From contig NMRA01000524.1 of NCBI GenBank assembly GCA_002633005.1, forward strand, positions 59,441 through 123,440: 64,000 nucleotides of DNA, written 5' to 3'. Below the pieces are notes generated by a model. The model saw only the letters and a program-made list of their open reading frames with translations, had not been told where the DNA came from and did no database searches. Of this stretch, positions 1 to 40,637 are shown in pieces; the first letter of the stretch is position 1; the number at the start of each line of letters is the position of its first letter. Position numbers and translations under genes: made by a program. The DNA is from Phoronis australis (taxonomy: Eukaryota; Animalia; Phoronida).

Positions 1-337
1 ATTGAGTGGGATGCATTATCTTTCCGATTATATTGAAGTATTTTTGCAAATCAAAAAAAGATCGGTTGGACAGCCTTACTCTAACTGCTCATTTAGTCCA
101 GCTAACGATCGACTAGGCTAAAGTTCAATGGATTGCAACGACAGGTAACGAGCATCAAGCTATTCAGCACATCTACCAACAAACACTTACGGGTATGTTG
201 CAAAAACTGTAATTCAAAAGAAAATCAATCTACTGGTTACTTCTAGCACTAATCCTGTCCCACAGTGTACGTCGATGCTATCCGCCATTTTAAATGTTAG
301 GTTGTTAATACTAGCTCACGGCCCACAGGCTGTCGTT

Positions 338-517
338 CTAGGAGCAGTCCATTGAAATATGTTCTCTACATACTACCAAATACGGCGACACTTCACTCGT
401 GGACTTCGCAAAGTATTCTCACTTGCGACGCAGTCTTGGATCAGTGGGAAACTTGTTCAAAGATACCTCAGCCCTTGGCGTATTGCCACAGCCTCCAACT
501 ACACAACAATCAGGCAT
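338..517 (-). pseudogene. Disrupted THAP zinc-finger ORF, likely a DNA-transposon relic
   Basis: Minus strand reads MPDCCVVGGCGNTPRAEVSLNKFPTDPRLRRK*EYFAKSTSEVSPYLVVCREHISMDCS*. It has the THAP C2CH pattern (C-x4-C...FP...W...C-x2-H), with the conserved Trp position read as TGA at 419-421. Confidence 0.75.
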
Positions 518-690
518 TCTTCTTCAAATATTTACTCCAGTTTAAATCTAAAAATCCGTCTACATTTGAAAAAAATACTCATCTTGGCACACAGCAATGG
601 ACACTGTGGACTCGGTCTGACTGACTCTGCAATGATCAGGTCACTCCCCACTAACTACTGTAAAATGTTTATGGCAACACACAAGACTGT

Positions 691-1189
691 AGGGCCTTTC
701 ATACTAACGTCGATAGTTTGGGGAGTTGCAGTCAGTATGAATGCTTAACTCTGGTCCTGGATCGCAGTTAACATCTCCAATTAACATCGCAGTTAACAGG
801 TGGATTTAAGACCGCAGCGTTGACGCTGCGATGCAGTATGAACGCTTAACTCCGGTCCAATCGAAGTTATCGCCAGGTGCCACTGTTATCATCAACAGTT
901 ACAAGGTAGTGCCGTCACTAATAGCTGCTTATATTTTGCTCTAATGATAACCAATCGATTTAAAAATAAGTTTAATGTCACTTAGTACATGTAAATATTT
1001 CCAAATTGAAACATTGAAAAAAATCTTAGCGTGCAACGCTACCTTGCGATAACTTCGATGACGACAGAGGCACACAACTGCTTACTTCAATGTTGATTAA
1101 CTACCGAAGTCAGTATGAATGGTCCAGTTAACTGCGCTGTTTACGTCGACGCTCCCCTCAGATGGAGTTAAGTCAATATGAAAGGGCCT
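691..1189. mobile_element. Non-autonomous TIR element (MITE, PIF/Harbinger-like), family A copy 1
   Basis: Ends agggcctttcatactaac / gtcaatatgaaagggcct are inverted repeats (15/18 match). A diverged copy lies in the opposite orientation at 26409-26946. Confidence 0.75.
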
Positions 1190-2590
1190 TATGTGCTTAT
1201 GTGTCACATTTCAGAGAATAAATGGGCAAAAATTGCATAATAAACACAAAGATTCCATTTGTGCCAGATAGTCTCGGCCAAGAGTACGACCCTATGGACA
1301 GACTCTGCCGTGATCCTGTGATCGGGTCAGGAATTCCTGATGTGTTCCTGATGTGACGTGTTTCCGAAGATAGCCAAAGTTGAAAATTTTCTGTTCTCAA
1401 AATTTTGTGGGGAAGTGGGAGCGTGTTTTACACGAATAATAGAATAATATGAGGAATGAAATAAAAAGAAATGTGGTTTATAAGCAAACTTTATTAACAG
1501 TCAACACATGTGTATACATATTAACTACAACTAAATAGCTGTGAATCAATCTCTTTAAAAGCGCAAGTCCATGGGATTGCTCTGCAGGTGGTAATGCAAG
1601 TTTTCAAAATTAGTCTCACCAATTTTTCTGAAACCCCCTGGGTTCTATTTAGATGCAAAATCACTTTGGTAAAATTAGCGTTTCCAAAAGAGCTCCAATG
1701 GGACACTGCATATGCTCAAAACTGTACCGTTTGGCAACCTCTGTCAAGTACAAATGTTTTACCTGCCATATTGAGTCCCACACTGAGAAATGTTTAGTAT
1801 AATAAGTACAAAAATAGCAGATCGTCATGTGGTAACTGCTGCCATTCAGGCTAGTCTATGTACTTATGTGTTTTTGGTTCTCTTCGTCACATGGCGCAAT
1901 AGGTGTCAGCACATACTGTAAATTGTAAATAGACTTCCTGAGTAGCAATCAATTATTCTGTTGGAAATGTGACCCTGCATCACAAACCTTATTTAATGCG
2001 GAAATGTGACCACTTGATCAGGTAATTATACCATGAAAATTACATTTGAAGGAATCTAGTTATCTGGTGGTATTGACTTACAATACACTTCAGTTAATTA
2101 CCCTTGTTCATCTTAAGTTCAGTTGGTATATTTTGGGCATTTATGGGATTTGATTACTCAAGTAGATTTTTAAGTGAAGTGGTGTTACTTGTGACAATTT
2201 TTGAACATTATTGTCACAACGATGTCATCATTTATCACTTATTTAGCACACAATATGGCTGACAAATGAAATTCTATTTTGTCTGCTACTAGCATGATTT
2301 GTACTGTGGAGATGTCACAAAACAACCTTTGGTAAATTTTTCATTATTTTTAGTAAAATTAACAGCCTTTGAGAAGAAATATAATGTCAGTTTTGGAAAT
2401 AATTTTTGTGCAAAATAAAAGAAGATTTACGACAGTTGCTCAGTACAATTTACACGCATTGCTTTTCTTGACACCATGTTTTAAAGTTGGTTAATTATTG
2501 CTTTCAACCCAGTCTCACTTTGTTCTTAGAAAAAATGTCTTTTCGCTTTATACGGAGGCCGATTCTCAGTACGTACAGGATGATAGTGAC

Positions 2591-3007
2591 TAAAGTCCTT
2601 TCCACACTCAGCCTACCCTTGAACAACTTGCGCCAGTGGAGCTTACCTCACTTTTAAGTGGAGTGTCTACACACACACATACCCGATGTCTTGGGTAACT
2701 GAAGTTGTCTTTGTGTGTGTGACATCGAACACCTAATGCGAGTACGACGCGCAAAAGAAAACCTGTTTGTATGTAACCCCAGCTGATTATCATTTCCGCC
2801 TTGTCCCAGGTTTGCGGCCACACGGGAATTAGAAGTGACACAAATTACCCTAGAACAAGTTACCCCACCTCGATAAGATGGAGTAAGTTGTCACAAGTGG
2901 GGGGGTGATTTGGACTAGTTTAAATAGCTTCCACACAGCCTCCAAACCTAGTGACAACTCCAAGAATAGCGTGTTCTAGGGTAAGTCTTTGTGTGGATGG
3001 CACTTTA
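2591..3007. mobile_element. MITE with ~35 bp imperfect TIRs
   Basis: taaagtcctttccacactcagcctacccttgaaca at the left end vs tgttctagggtaagtctttgtgtggatggcacttta at the right; TAA/TTA-like termini; no ORF. Confidence 0.62.
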
Positions 3008-3010
3008 GAT

Positions 3011-4366
3011 GGTTAAATTGTTAACTCTAAACCTAGTGTCAAGTTTTAAGTGTAAGGACGGTGTGTTGGATATGATGTCCACATGAGCTGTGAACTCTTG
3101 CACGTTCAGCCATTCTGTGTCCTATATTGGTGATGTACCGTAGTTGTGTATGACATTTGTATTAAAAAAGTTGGGATTTTTAGACGGAGTTGTAGTTTGT
3201 TCAAGGAAACTGCGTAGTGGAGGTTTTGTCAGTTCATGTAATTGGAAGGTCTTCACTCTGTAGGTAACGCATTTTTGATTTTTGTCAGTTTGATGGCAAG
3301 ATGAAAATGTTATTGACATTTATTTTGCTCTCATTTATTTTGCCTTCCTGGTTTTATTGCTGGCAGCCTTAAGTTATTCAGTCATTGACACAGAAGCATG
3401 TTCTTGTGTACTGATGACAATAGGTAGCAGCACTAGCGCTATGGTGTTGGAATCTTGACTGCCATGTCTTCTCTGTGCCTCCCATTTAAAGAGGGTCTCT
3501 CGTTGCCTGGCAACCTGTTGATTAGTGGTGTAGACTGTTTGGCACAGCTCTGAGCCAAGTTTTGATCATTTCCTATTGAAAAATACATGGTGAACACTTT
3601 TCGATTTGGAATGAAAATCATTGCATAACTTGCCATTCTGTTTTTGAAGGTTCACTGAACAGTGCAAACTCTCAAAGTGTATTGAAANGGGTTAAATTGT
3701 TAACTCTAAACCTAGTGTCAAGTTTTAAGTGTAAGGACGGTGTGTTGGATATGATGTCCACATAAGCTGTGAACTCTTGCACGTTCAGCCATTCTGTGTC
3801 CTATATTGGTGATGTACCGTAGTTGTGTATGACATTTGTATTAAAAAAGTTGGGATTTTTAGACGGAGTTGTAGTTTGTTCAAGGAAACTACGTAGTGGA
3901 GGTTTTGTCAGTTCATGTAATTGGAAGGTCTTCACTCTGTAGGTAACGCATTTTTGATTTTTGTCAGTTTGATGGCAAGATGAAAATGTTATTGACATTT
4001 ATTTTGCTCTCATTTATTTTGCCTTCCTGGTTTAATTGCTGGCAGCCTTAAGTTATTCAGTCATTGACACAGAAGCATGTTCTTATGTACTGATGACAAT
4101 AGGTAGCAGCACTAGCGCTATGGTGTTGGAATCTTGACTGCCATGTCTTCTCAGTGTCTCCCATTTAAAGAGGGTCTCTCGTTGCCTGGCAACCTGTTGA
4201 TTAGTGGTGTAGACTGTTTGGCACAGCTCTGAGCCAAGTTTTGATCATTTCCTATTGAAAAATACATGGTGAACACTTTTCGATTTGGAATGAAAATCAT
4301 TGCATAACTTGCCATTCTGTTTTTGAAGGTTCACTGAACAGTGCAAACTCTCAAAGTGTATTGAAA
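3011..4366. repeat. 677 bp direct duplication across a single N (3688); probable uncollapsed haplotype overlap
   Basis: 3011-3687 and 3690-4366 are nearly identical, differ by scattered substitutions, and abut exactly at the N. Confidence 0.9.
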
Positions 4367-6287
4367 GTTGTTTAGCTACTGCCATACCATGCAAATAATA
4401 ATTTATTAACAGTTATTTTTGATGAAAAATTTGAAAAAACAAAACTCCTCCACGTGTCTGCTATAGGTTTTAGAGGGAATTTTCTTCAACTGTACAATAC
4501 CAGTAATCATAATTCGGACACGTGTGATGAAAAAAGCCACACAGAATAGTTTGTCCACACGGAAACAGCATTTTAAAGCAACAGTGAAGCACGCGCAATA
4601 TATAGGGTAGGACTGGCCTTTATATCGTGTCAATGTAATGAAGAATTTACTAGTAAATAGCCAAACTTGGATACCCTTGAACCATTAGGTCGCAGAGAGT
4701 CTTGGTTGAATTCCTATGAAACTCTCATGTACCACGCTTTATGATCGGTTCTCTGATTTGCTGTTAGGATTTGTTTTCAAAATCTTCCGGGGCTATTAAT
4801 CCGTGGGATTTTCATGAAAAAAAATTTGCGCAAAATTAATTTGAAATTGTTGTTGAGAAAACTTTAACAGTGTTTTATAGATTTTATTTTGAACACGTAC
4901 GTCGAAAAAATTTACTTGCGTTCTTGATACCGTTATTTTCCTATAAATGTAACTTCCTTTTTGCTAACATTATTGCATGGTTCAATTAATGGCAGATTGG
5001 TAAAAAATATCAAATGCTACACCTATTTAACTTCCAGAATATTATTCTTTTACTGAGTTAAAATCTAGTAGTTTGGTAATAGGCACTTAGTGTAGTTAAT
5101 GGTATTACATAACCTCAGGGCAATTTACCCATTCTGATAAGACTTGTTATAGACCATGGCCATTTAAGAAGTTGTAAAAAACTCTAAAAACCAGACAAAG
5201 TAAGTGGTTTCAAAAAAGCATCGTTTTGCAGCTGCAATTTCCTATGACTTCCATGGTCGGCTGTCTTCTAATGCTCACAAGAGAGGGCTATTTGTCGTAC
5301 TGACTAATGACTTGTAATGTACGTTTCTAACACGTAATTGAATTTGCCCAGGAGCTAGACACTTTCACCTTGCCAACTTAACTCGGGCTTTTATCCAGGC
5401 AAAGGCGTTGTTACAAAATGTTCTGTGTCTGTGTTCTCTGAGCAGGATGTTTGCCTTGCGAGGGATGAACATGGTATGATCTTACAGTAATCATGTCAAT
5501 AGACTATTTTAAGTCGCTAAAGCTTCTTGAAATTCATGTAAAAATAACTGCTGAAATTTTCATATCTCCATTATTCATAGACTTTATTGCATTACTAGTG
5601 TTGTTTGCAATTTTAAATACTCTTGTGGAAGGTTCAGTTACTTGAACTACGATTTATTTTGACTTAAAAAAAAAATTTTTTTGTTGTTAATCTCTATGTC
5701 GGTAATCTCTTCAATTTTTCACAAAAAGACAAGAATTGAAGCATTTCTATTTGTCAATGGCTGGTAACATTCTTTAAAATGCTAAAAAATTTCTACTTTT
5801 GTTCTTCATGGTAGCTATTATCATAAGTGCAAACCATGCGCATAATGAGAGTAAAATTTTTCCAAAAGTTTATTTTTGAGCAATGTTGAGAAGTTAGGCA
5901 AAATAAAATTGCACTTGTGTGCCGTGTTTTGTGTTCTAAATTGAAGAAGGTTTGGTGTTTTCACGCTAGAATTTCCTTCCGTGGATAATGTCAGTGATCA
6001 ATATTCACGCTGTGATTGATCTGCTAATACCTGGTACGCCTGAGTCTGCTTGGTGAGTTTCACTGAGCAGGTAAATTATGAGGTGATGTCATGGTGAGAC
6101 CTGTAGCCTTAGAAAGTCTGCTGATGATGCAATGTTAGGCTTTCTATTGGTCCAGTCACAAGTACACAGACCTGGTTCTCTGTTTTTAAAGAGAAAAAAA
6201 ATACGTTTTAACAAACCTAAAACTCCCCTTTTTCAGTTTTGAAAATTGACAAATTTCAAATGTTTCAAAAAAAAGTAACCTCGGAGA

Positions 6288-6440
6288 GGAGGCAGTGTGG
6301 CCTTGTGGGATGAATGTCCACGGTCGTGGATTTGAGTGCCACTGAAGCACACCGAGTCGAGACTCTAGCTCGGTTTTAATTGTATAAAGCATAAAAATGG
6401 TTCCAAGTGATCAGTACAATGGGCCCCCTTACGTGACTTG
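6288..6440 (+). mobile_element. Degenerate tRNA-derived SINE-like fragment
   Basis: A-box-like gtggccttgtgg followed by B-box-like ggtcgtggatttgagtgcc; no intact cloverleaf. Confidence 0.35.
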
Positions 6441-9306
6441 CCCATGTCTGCTAGTACAACGTCTACTAGACAGCCTGCAATTAGTCTTTAATGAGTTTCA
6501 GAACATTACTTCTTTTGTTGCATATATGCTGCTTTTCTGTTTTACCAATACCTTGCTGTGCAGTCATGTTTATATTTTCTTACAATTGGAAAAAGAATTG
6601 CACCACTTCAGAGAGAATTTGCAACGATTTGAACGTGTCCACTGTGGACTGAAGGTGTCTCATTGAACGAATTTGATGGGATTTTGTTCTTAATTTTTTG
6701 TACTTAAAACCCACAAATATTAGAATTAACTGTATGGTATCGAATTCTGAAAAATATGAATTCACTTGGAAACGCAAAGGATATTAGCCTGATTTTATGA
6801 ATTCCAGCTGCACATTAAGTTAGTGCGCATAATTCTGTGCAGGGAAAGTGCTGAAAAATAGAATTATGGTACAAATTCATTGACGACTGATGGAGAACTT
6901 TGTTTATAAAGATAAATATCCATCATTTATCACTTTGGAAAAATTGTGTCAATTTTTCTGACGTTCTCAGAAATTTTCTTTTTTTTCCTTTTATGGCTTG
7001 TTTGTGTTTCCTGAAGACCCCGTGTTGTTATCAATGTCTCCGAGAAAGCTCAGTTCACCCGGCATGCTTCAGGTTCTTAACATCTCTTCACTCTCTCGTG
7101 TTTCTGTTCACAATCTATGTTCTCTCGGACGTTTGATTGGAGGTCAGGCTGTCTCAATCAGGAGTTCAAGCACGGACATCGCTCTAGGTTTCACTCAGTG
7201 TCCCTAGAGAGAATTGAAAAGAGATTTTATCTTGTACAGATGTCTCCTGTTATGTTTCTTTGAATCGAAGAATAATTAGCTTCGCTCTGTTTTTTTCTGG
7301 TATTGAACTCACATTCGTGAGACATACGTTAGGAATAGAGTTTGAAAACAGTTCGGTTTTGTCCTGAGTGGGCAAGTTATGGGCATTTTTTTTTTTTTTT
7401 TCTCGGCGATGTTTTTGTCAGTCTTTACATTTGTGATGCCCTTGATTCTACACTTGATTTAAGAAATAAATTAACCAGATGATGAAATGTTAAATGGAGA
7501 ATTTTGTGTATTCAGTTTCAGTGTATATTGAATTATGGATGATGTTTCCATGAATAAGTTATATGTAACGTTTTAAAATGAGCAGTTGACCTTTTTCAAA
7601 CACCATTTGAGTATTACATTTCAGAACCAAAATTGCAAAAAAAGTTTGCATTGACTACTGATAATTTCCCGTGGGAACAGTGCTGGTGGTTTTTAAATGT
7701 AAACCCACGCTTTTTGACTCCCTCACTTGTTCACAGTCGATAGTCCACTGTCTTTAATTACAAAGACAATTGCCCGACTTGCTTCCTGGCTACAGTCAAG
7801 GGGTTGAGAAGCTCACGGCAGCTTTCTATAATCGTGTTTTATTTCAATAAATCAATAGGCAAGGTTTGTGAAACTAGCCGCCGTAATGCGCCTCTGAAAG
7901 ACACCGTAGATGTCCATGCCACTGTCTGCCTATTGATAACTCAGCTAAGTAATGTTGACAGGAACGTAGATTATCGCTGTTAGTTCAATATTCTCGGTAT
8001 GCACCGAGTGTCCATGTGCTGTGGTGTGGGAGTACAAAATAGCTGCTGGAGATTGTCGGGCCAGATTCGAGCGTAGGATTTGCGAAGACTGGTGTGGCGT
8101 CACAATTTTTATTGTTCAGCCCATCCGAAGTGGAAGGTGACAGCTTGTGACTGGACGGAGTTTTTTAACGAAATTGAAAAATAATCTGATATAGTTAGTG
8201 ACTGCTGTAGTTTTGGCTGTGATGACAGAATGCATTTGAACAAATCAAGCAACTGTTAATATTGAGCCATAGATCCGGTGTGAATATTTTAATGCGCTTG
8301 AAATAATTAAGTGTCATTAAACACTCTTTCACAGCTGCTGACCGCTTTGTAGATTTGCGATCAAAGAAAATGTCACTCGCATTCACCCTTCGTGAGTTTT
8401 TCTAGAGAATTGTCATTTGATATTTGTCTGGCAGTTTGGATGGTGGAAACTTTGCATAGAGTCTTCGTTTTCTATCGTTAGAAAGCTTCAGACAATTGTT
8501 GACTCTTGATATTCTAATTGCTGTACAAAACATTACGTGACATGCCAAAGTTACATACTCGATACACGCTCAAGGACAGTAGCTCCAGTGACTGGCATTT
8601 CTCGGACATATTCAAGGTATGTTGTCCTAGCGGGTTGTTAAATAGGCTGTCATGCTGAGCCAAGTGTCGCAACGAGGACTATTTCTTTTGTCTAGAATTT
8701 TACGGGAAAAGGCATATGGAAACAAGATTACATAGCACAAGACCTTGTGAAATTTTTTAAATTGTTTGAAGACGGATTGTGTTAGTAAATTGTCTTAATG
8801 TTCCGGGCATTTCATATAATTCATCTATGTAAATAACGGTTACATCACTGATCGTTATTATTGAGGTCTATTTTGGAAGACAAGTTTTGAATTTTTGATC
8901 ATCCATTTTTTGTCAGTTTTTATGTTGTGGTAACATGTATCTCAGACTTGAGGGTGTTTTAATAGCGTAAGTGACCTCAGTAATTGTGTGTCTGCATTCA
9001 TCTCATTTGTTGAGAATCAAATTACCTAATATGAGTTCTATTAGGATGCATAACTCCATGTTTATATAATAGCATTAGAGATTTGTCCAAGAGGAAATTT
9101 TCATGTTCTTAATTGTTCACAAAATTTCTCTGATAAAAGAGAACATTGTATGTGATAAGGTGTACATTTGATATTTTCATAAATTTGATTCGTGGAACTG
9201 AGTTTTACTGTCATTGCGTAATGTGATGTTGTGATTTCATTGTCTTGTTCATTTGGAATTGGTGTGACTCACTGCTTTTGTTCACAGTGTAAGATTTGGA
9301 GACATG

Positions 9307-9553
9307 GGGCCCGTTCCAACAAAACCGACTTAGCTAAGACAATTCTTGAATTTTTGCAAATTTTGAAACAAAAGTTAAATTTGTCTAAAAACCATTTCAA
9401 AAGAGAGTTCTTAAGTTTGACTTAAAGTGTTTGACATGTTTTGTATTAATTTTGACTAACTTAACGAATGTGGAAGTTTCAAAGTTTGGAAGTTAAGACA
9501 AATCTTAAACTTAAGTCAAAAATGAACTTAAGTCAGTTTCTTGGAACAAGCCC
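9307..9553. mobile_element. 247 bp MITE with 3-bp TSD (ATG), Harbinger-like
   Basis: TIRs gggcccgttccaacaaaaccgactta / taagtcagtttcttggaacaagccc, flanked on both sides by ATG; internal ttaag-rich repeats. Confidence 0.75.
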
Positions 9554-11037
9554 ATGTTTTATAAGCATTACGTATTTTGCCTGGCTACCTAAGCATATTA
9601 AGCAGAAGAACAAGATTTTGGTATTAGAAAAAAAATAATCCAGTACAAACTACTGAAAAAGGTTTGAACCTACAGTTGGCCATTTTGAATTTTCACGCTC
9701 CCTAGAGGAACATAACTTGGATGACTTAGATACTAGAATAAATGATTTCTGAATGGTCTGTTGACTGGAAGAATTGAACAGGGAATTGGCTATTTTGATT
9801 TTTCATACTCCCGTGGGGAATCATACTTCTCTGTATTTACTATCTGTTTTTGTGCAAGATTGATGCAGTTATTGACTGAAATGAGTCCTTTAATGAGCGT
9901 TTGGTCGTTCTGCGGAATACGTACAGGCATAAGTGCGAAGGAATGTTTTCTTCTCTTAGGCAAATTTAAGGGTTAAGACATTGATATGTTTTCCAATTGT
10001 GTTATGAAACTTGGAGATAATCACTTCTCTGATATGGGTTGGTTATTAGGTAAAATATTTTATTGCCACACAGTTTTCATTATTGGGACTTGTTGGCGTC
10101 ACAATAATGTTGTATTTACACCTTTTTCCAATGTTGCGCATACTTTACAATTTGTCTTTTGGAAGAGAAACGAACTTGGAGCAAACAGACATGCAGTACA
10201 GTTTTCTCCAATTTATTCAGGACAACACTTGAATCTTTCTAAAGTGCTAGAACATTGAAATCCAACTCGCACCCCCCCCTCCCCTTAACTCTAATTTATC
10301 CTGTTTTTGTCTTTCATAAGGGACTGATTAAAACCTCCTAATATGAACATAACTTTGCCTGATTGACTCATTTTCTTCAGAGATGCAGTTTGCTTTGAAA
10401 TGAAGGAAAATCCTGAAGCCGAGTGATCATTGTTATCTCACTTCAGTTGCGCAGAAAAATAGCAATTTTCCATTTGCAAAGGCTGATTATGATTTTTACA
10501 ATGTCAGTATTCTCAGGTTTTGTTTTATATTTTATTCTTTGATAGCCTTAGTGTGCAAACCAAACTAACAATGAACTCGAGGCTTTCTTGTGGCTTTTTG
10601 TAGCCAAATTTGAAGCTATATTTTACCAAGACCAGCAATGTGTTAAACTGAGCTTGTCTTAGTGTACTCACTCAAGATGTTGGAGGGTTTTAGATGTTTA
10701 ACACATCGTCATACTACCCCTCATTTGCTCCTCTACTGATCTTTGTGAATCAAGATTGGTTTCAAAATGAAAAGTCACTCTGGTCGAAATGAGGATTCCT
10801 TTGTATCAAAATGTCACGCATTTGTCTCGAGTGACCTGAACCAACCATTGAACCAATCACGTGAACCGTGGGAAGGCATGGCCATGCGAGCCTCAACGTC
10901 ATATTTGTGTGCTTGATGTTGCCGTTTGTAAGGTATATAATTCAGCGGTTCACGAGGATGGTTCAGTGATTGCTGCAGATGATATGAGGCTCCTGCGCCT
11001 GATTGTCTGCTTGGCTAATCTTGTCTCCCCATTGCAG

Positions 11038-38046
<27,009 letters not shown>

Positions 38047-39676
38047 GGAGTGACCAAATTTAGATGTTATTGCGTTTAATTGCAGTTTGAACTAACCCTT
38101 CAGTAACTGAAGTAAGACACACACACACATTTTTTTAGACTTATGCAATGACTTTGATTGCATAGACCGTTATTGTTATGTAGTAATCAAATGCAAAATA
38201 ATTCCTAATCTTCACAAATTACTGATTTTGAGTATTTATTCCTATCGATTATATGGATCACTAGTCTTTGTTTCTAAATTTCATTTTTAATACTGAAGGG
38301 TGTCGATCGTGTTATTCTAATTGACTATAGCTACTTACAGTAGGATGGATCAGGACAAAACTAACTGTGCAATCGTGTGAAAGTAGGGAACAACTTAATT
38401 TCCGTTGAATCAGGGTAGCTGTTCATGTGATCGTGAACAGAAATGAAATAGAGTGATTGAAATATGGATGTAGATAGTAGTCATAAGATTGGTGTTAGGT
38501 CACGTCGAGAGCTTCAGGTGTGAATAAAAGTTTTTCTCTGTGCAATCACAGTCATTAAACAAGTGTTGGTTGGTTGGTCGCGATCTGTTTGCATTTATTG
38601 CCGTTTGAGTATTATAATGGCAACCCACCGACTTGTAATTTGACTCTTGGGATTTCAGCATTTTATACGTTTAATGTAATGCTCAGAAACAAAAGGCTGT
38701 AAATACGACGTATCTGTGAAGGCGTTTTCCAGATTGCAGTTACGGTGTGACGGAGTTTTTGGATAATGTCATTGTTACTGTTTGTAATAGGAACATGCAT
38801 GAGTGCCTAGAAACTTACTGTGATTTCTTGAGTACTCGTGTTATCTCACCTGAGATACTCAATTACTGTTGTGTTTGTTGGAAGCACTATGACTAAGAGA
38901 ATTATAAAACATGTTTTGGCAAAGTGATTTCCAGCTGATGATATACCTATAGAATTGTGATATCTGAGTAATTTTTCTTGTCTCCTCAAATTGTAACTTT
39001 AAGTGAGCTTTAGAATCCAAAAAATCAAACACCATGTGTAAAAACGTAGCCACGATAGGTGTTCTAAAAGGTAAATATAACAAATAGTACAAATGCGCAA
39101 TTCAGACTCTATGGCGCAGTGTCTTTGTGATATTGTGGGCTTCTTTCGATTTCTGGGGTGCGTTCGTAGAACTATTTTTTGCGAACTAGGCCAAGTCACG
39201 CAGTAAGCTAAGGACGATAGTCTCAAGTAGCCATCAACTTGACAGCATTGAAATGATTGGTGGACAAGCTTGGACTATTGAATTATGGGAAGAAGCTTTA
39301 CACGATTTGCCGTTGTCAAAGCCACAGATCTTGTGATTGTTTTGCACTACGCACCATGCCCTTGATCCTGTTGGTGGTATTTCATAGCAATGACCTTGCC
39401 AAGAGGGGTTTACTAACAGACATGTACAGTGAACAAGGTGTGTAATTTATCTGTGAATGCAATATAAACATTGCCTAACTGCAGGACCTGTAACATAATT
39501 TTAGAGAACTGTCCATAGTATTTATAGTAAATGTTGAACAGCTGTAGATATAGTGGATGTAATTGTCTATGTGTATGTAAGTAGTCTGTGTAGTACAAAT
39601 GAGTCTTTGTTATTGTGATCGTTTCTTATGTTATAAATCTAATGTATTGCTGTAGAAATTGCAAATAATACTATTT

Positions 39677-39729
39677 AATAAACATGTTAGTTGTATTTGG
39701 ATCTTTGATTGTTATAAAATCAAAATAAA
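39677..39729 (+). promoter_or_regulatory. Probable polyadenylation signals of liprin-alpha (3' UTR about 1.65 kb)
   Basis: AATAAA at 39677 and 39724, preceded by TGTA motifs and followed by T/GT-rich sequence. Another AATAAA lies at 38523. Confidence 0.5.
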
Positions 39730-40637
39730 TGGATGTACATTGCTTTGTTTTTGAATACATAAACTGTCCCAAAACGTGCGTACCTAGTCTTGGGCCTGTG
39801 TCACAATAATGTTTCAGTTTAAATGTGATAATGTAAGTTGTACTGTGATGGCAGAATATTTTTGAGATCTTGTAATAAGTCTGGTATGGGAGGAGGATTC
39901 ATTGCGGAGCAGTGTGGCCCTGTCTAGTAGGGATGCATAGATGGACGTCCAGCACAATTGATTTCAGGAAAGCCCAGGTGACCCATCCCGGTCCAGCCAT
40001 GACCTGATTAAAGCCTCTGGTATGACCGTTTTGGGTGTGGGATTTTTTCTCTCCAAAATTGTGATTGGGGTTACCTGCGTGATATTTCCGTTAGTGCTCA
40101 GTGATACGATTTTATCAAATAAGACAGTGTTATTTTGGGAGAGCACTTGTATTGTTCTAGTATTGTGTTGTAACTTCAAATTAATTTTGAAACTTTGTTG
40201 TTCCACTCAGAGATGAATTCAAGACAAGTGTGTTTGATCTTGTTCTTTTAAGTACACGCTGCCATGCAGACAACAAGTTTGCCAAAAATTAATGTCGCAA
40301 GTTTGAAAGGTTAAGAATTACAAAGTTAACAATTCGAGTTCCTACTGAAAGCTCCTTTATGTTCTATTGAGCCAGTTGCAACGGAAGTCAGATATAATGG
40401 ACCCTAACTTATTTTAAATAAATAAATTAAATGTGGGTCCTTATGAATGATTTTGGTATCGTTGGATTCCTCAGACATCTGGCTATCCGCACATATACTC
40501 CAGTTGAAAACTACGTTATTACGAAGTTGGTCCTCTTTTGCGACACGGATCATCAAATCAGCAGCCATTTCAGGGAACTTGCTATACCTCGGTGATCTGC
40601 TACAACACGAGCTGTGCGTTGTTCCTTTTTCACCAGT

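Noticed and set aside
3011-4366. LTR pair or real tandem duplication with twin 65-aa ORFs
   Set aside because: Copies abut a single N, lack TG...CA ends, PBS or internal genes, and fit a haplotype overlap.
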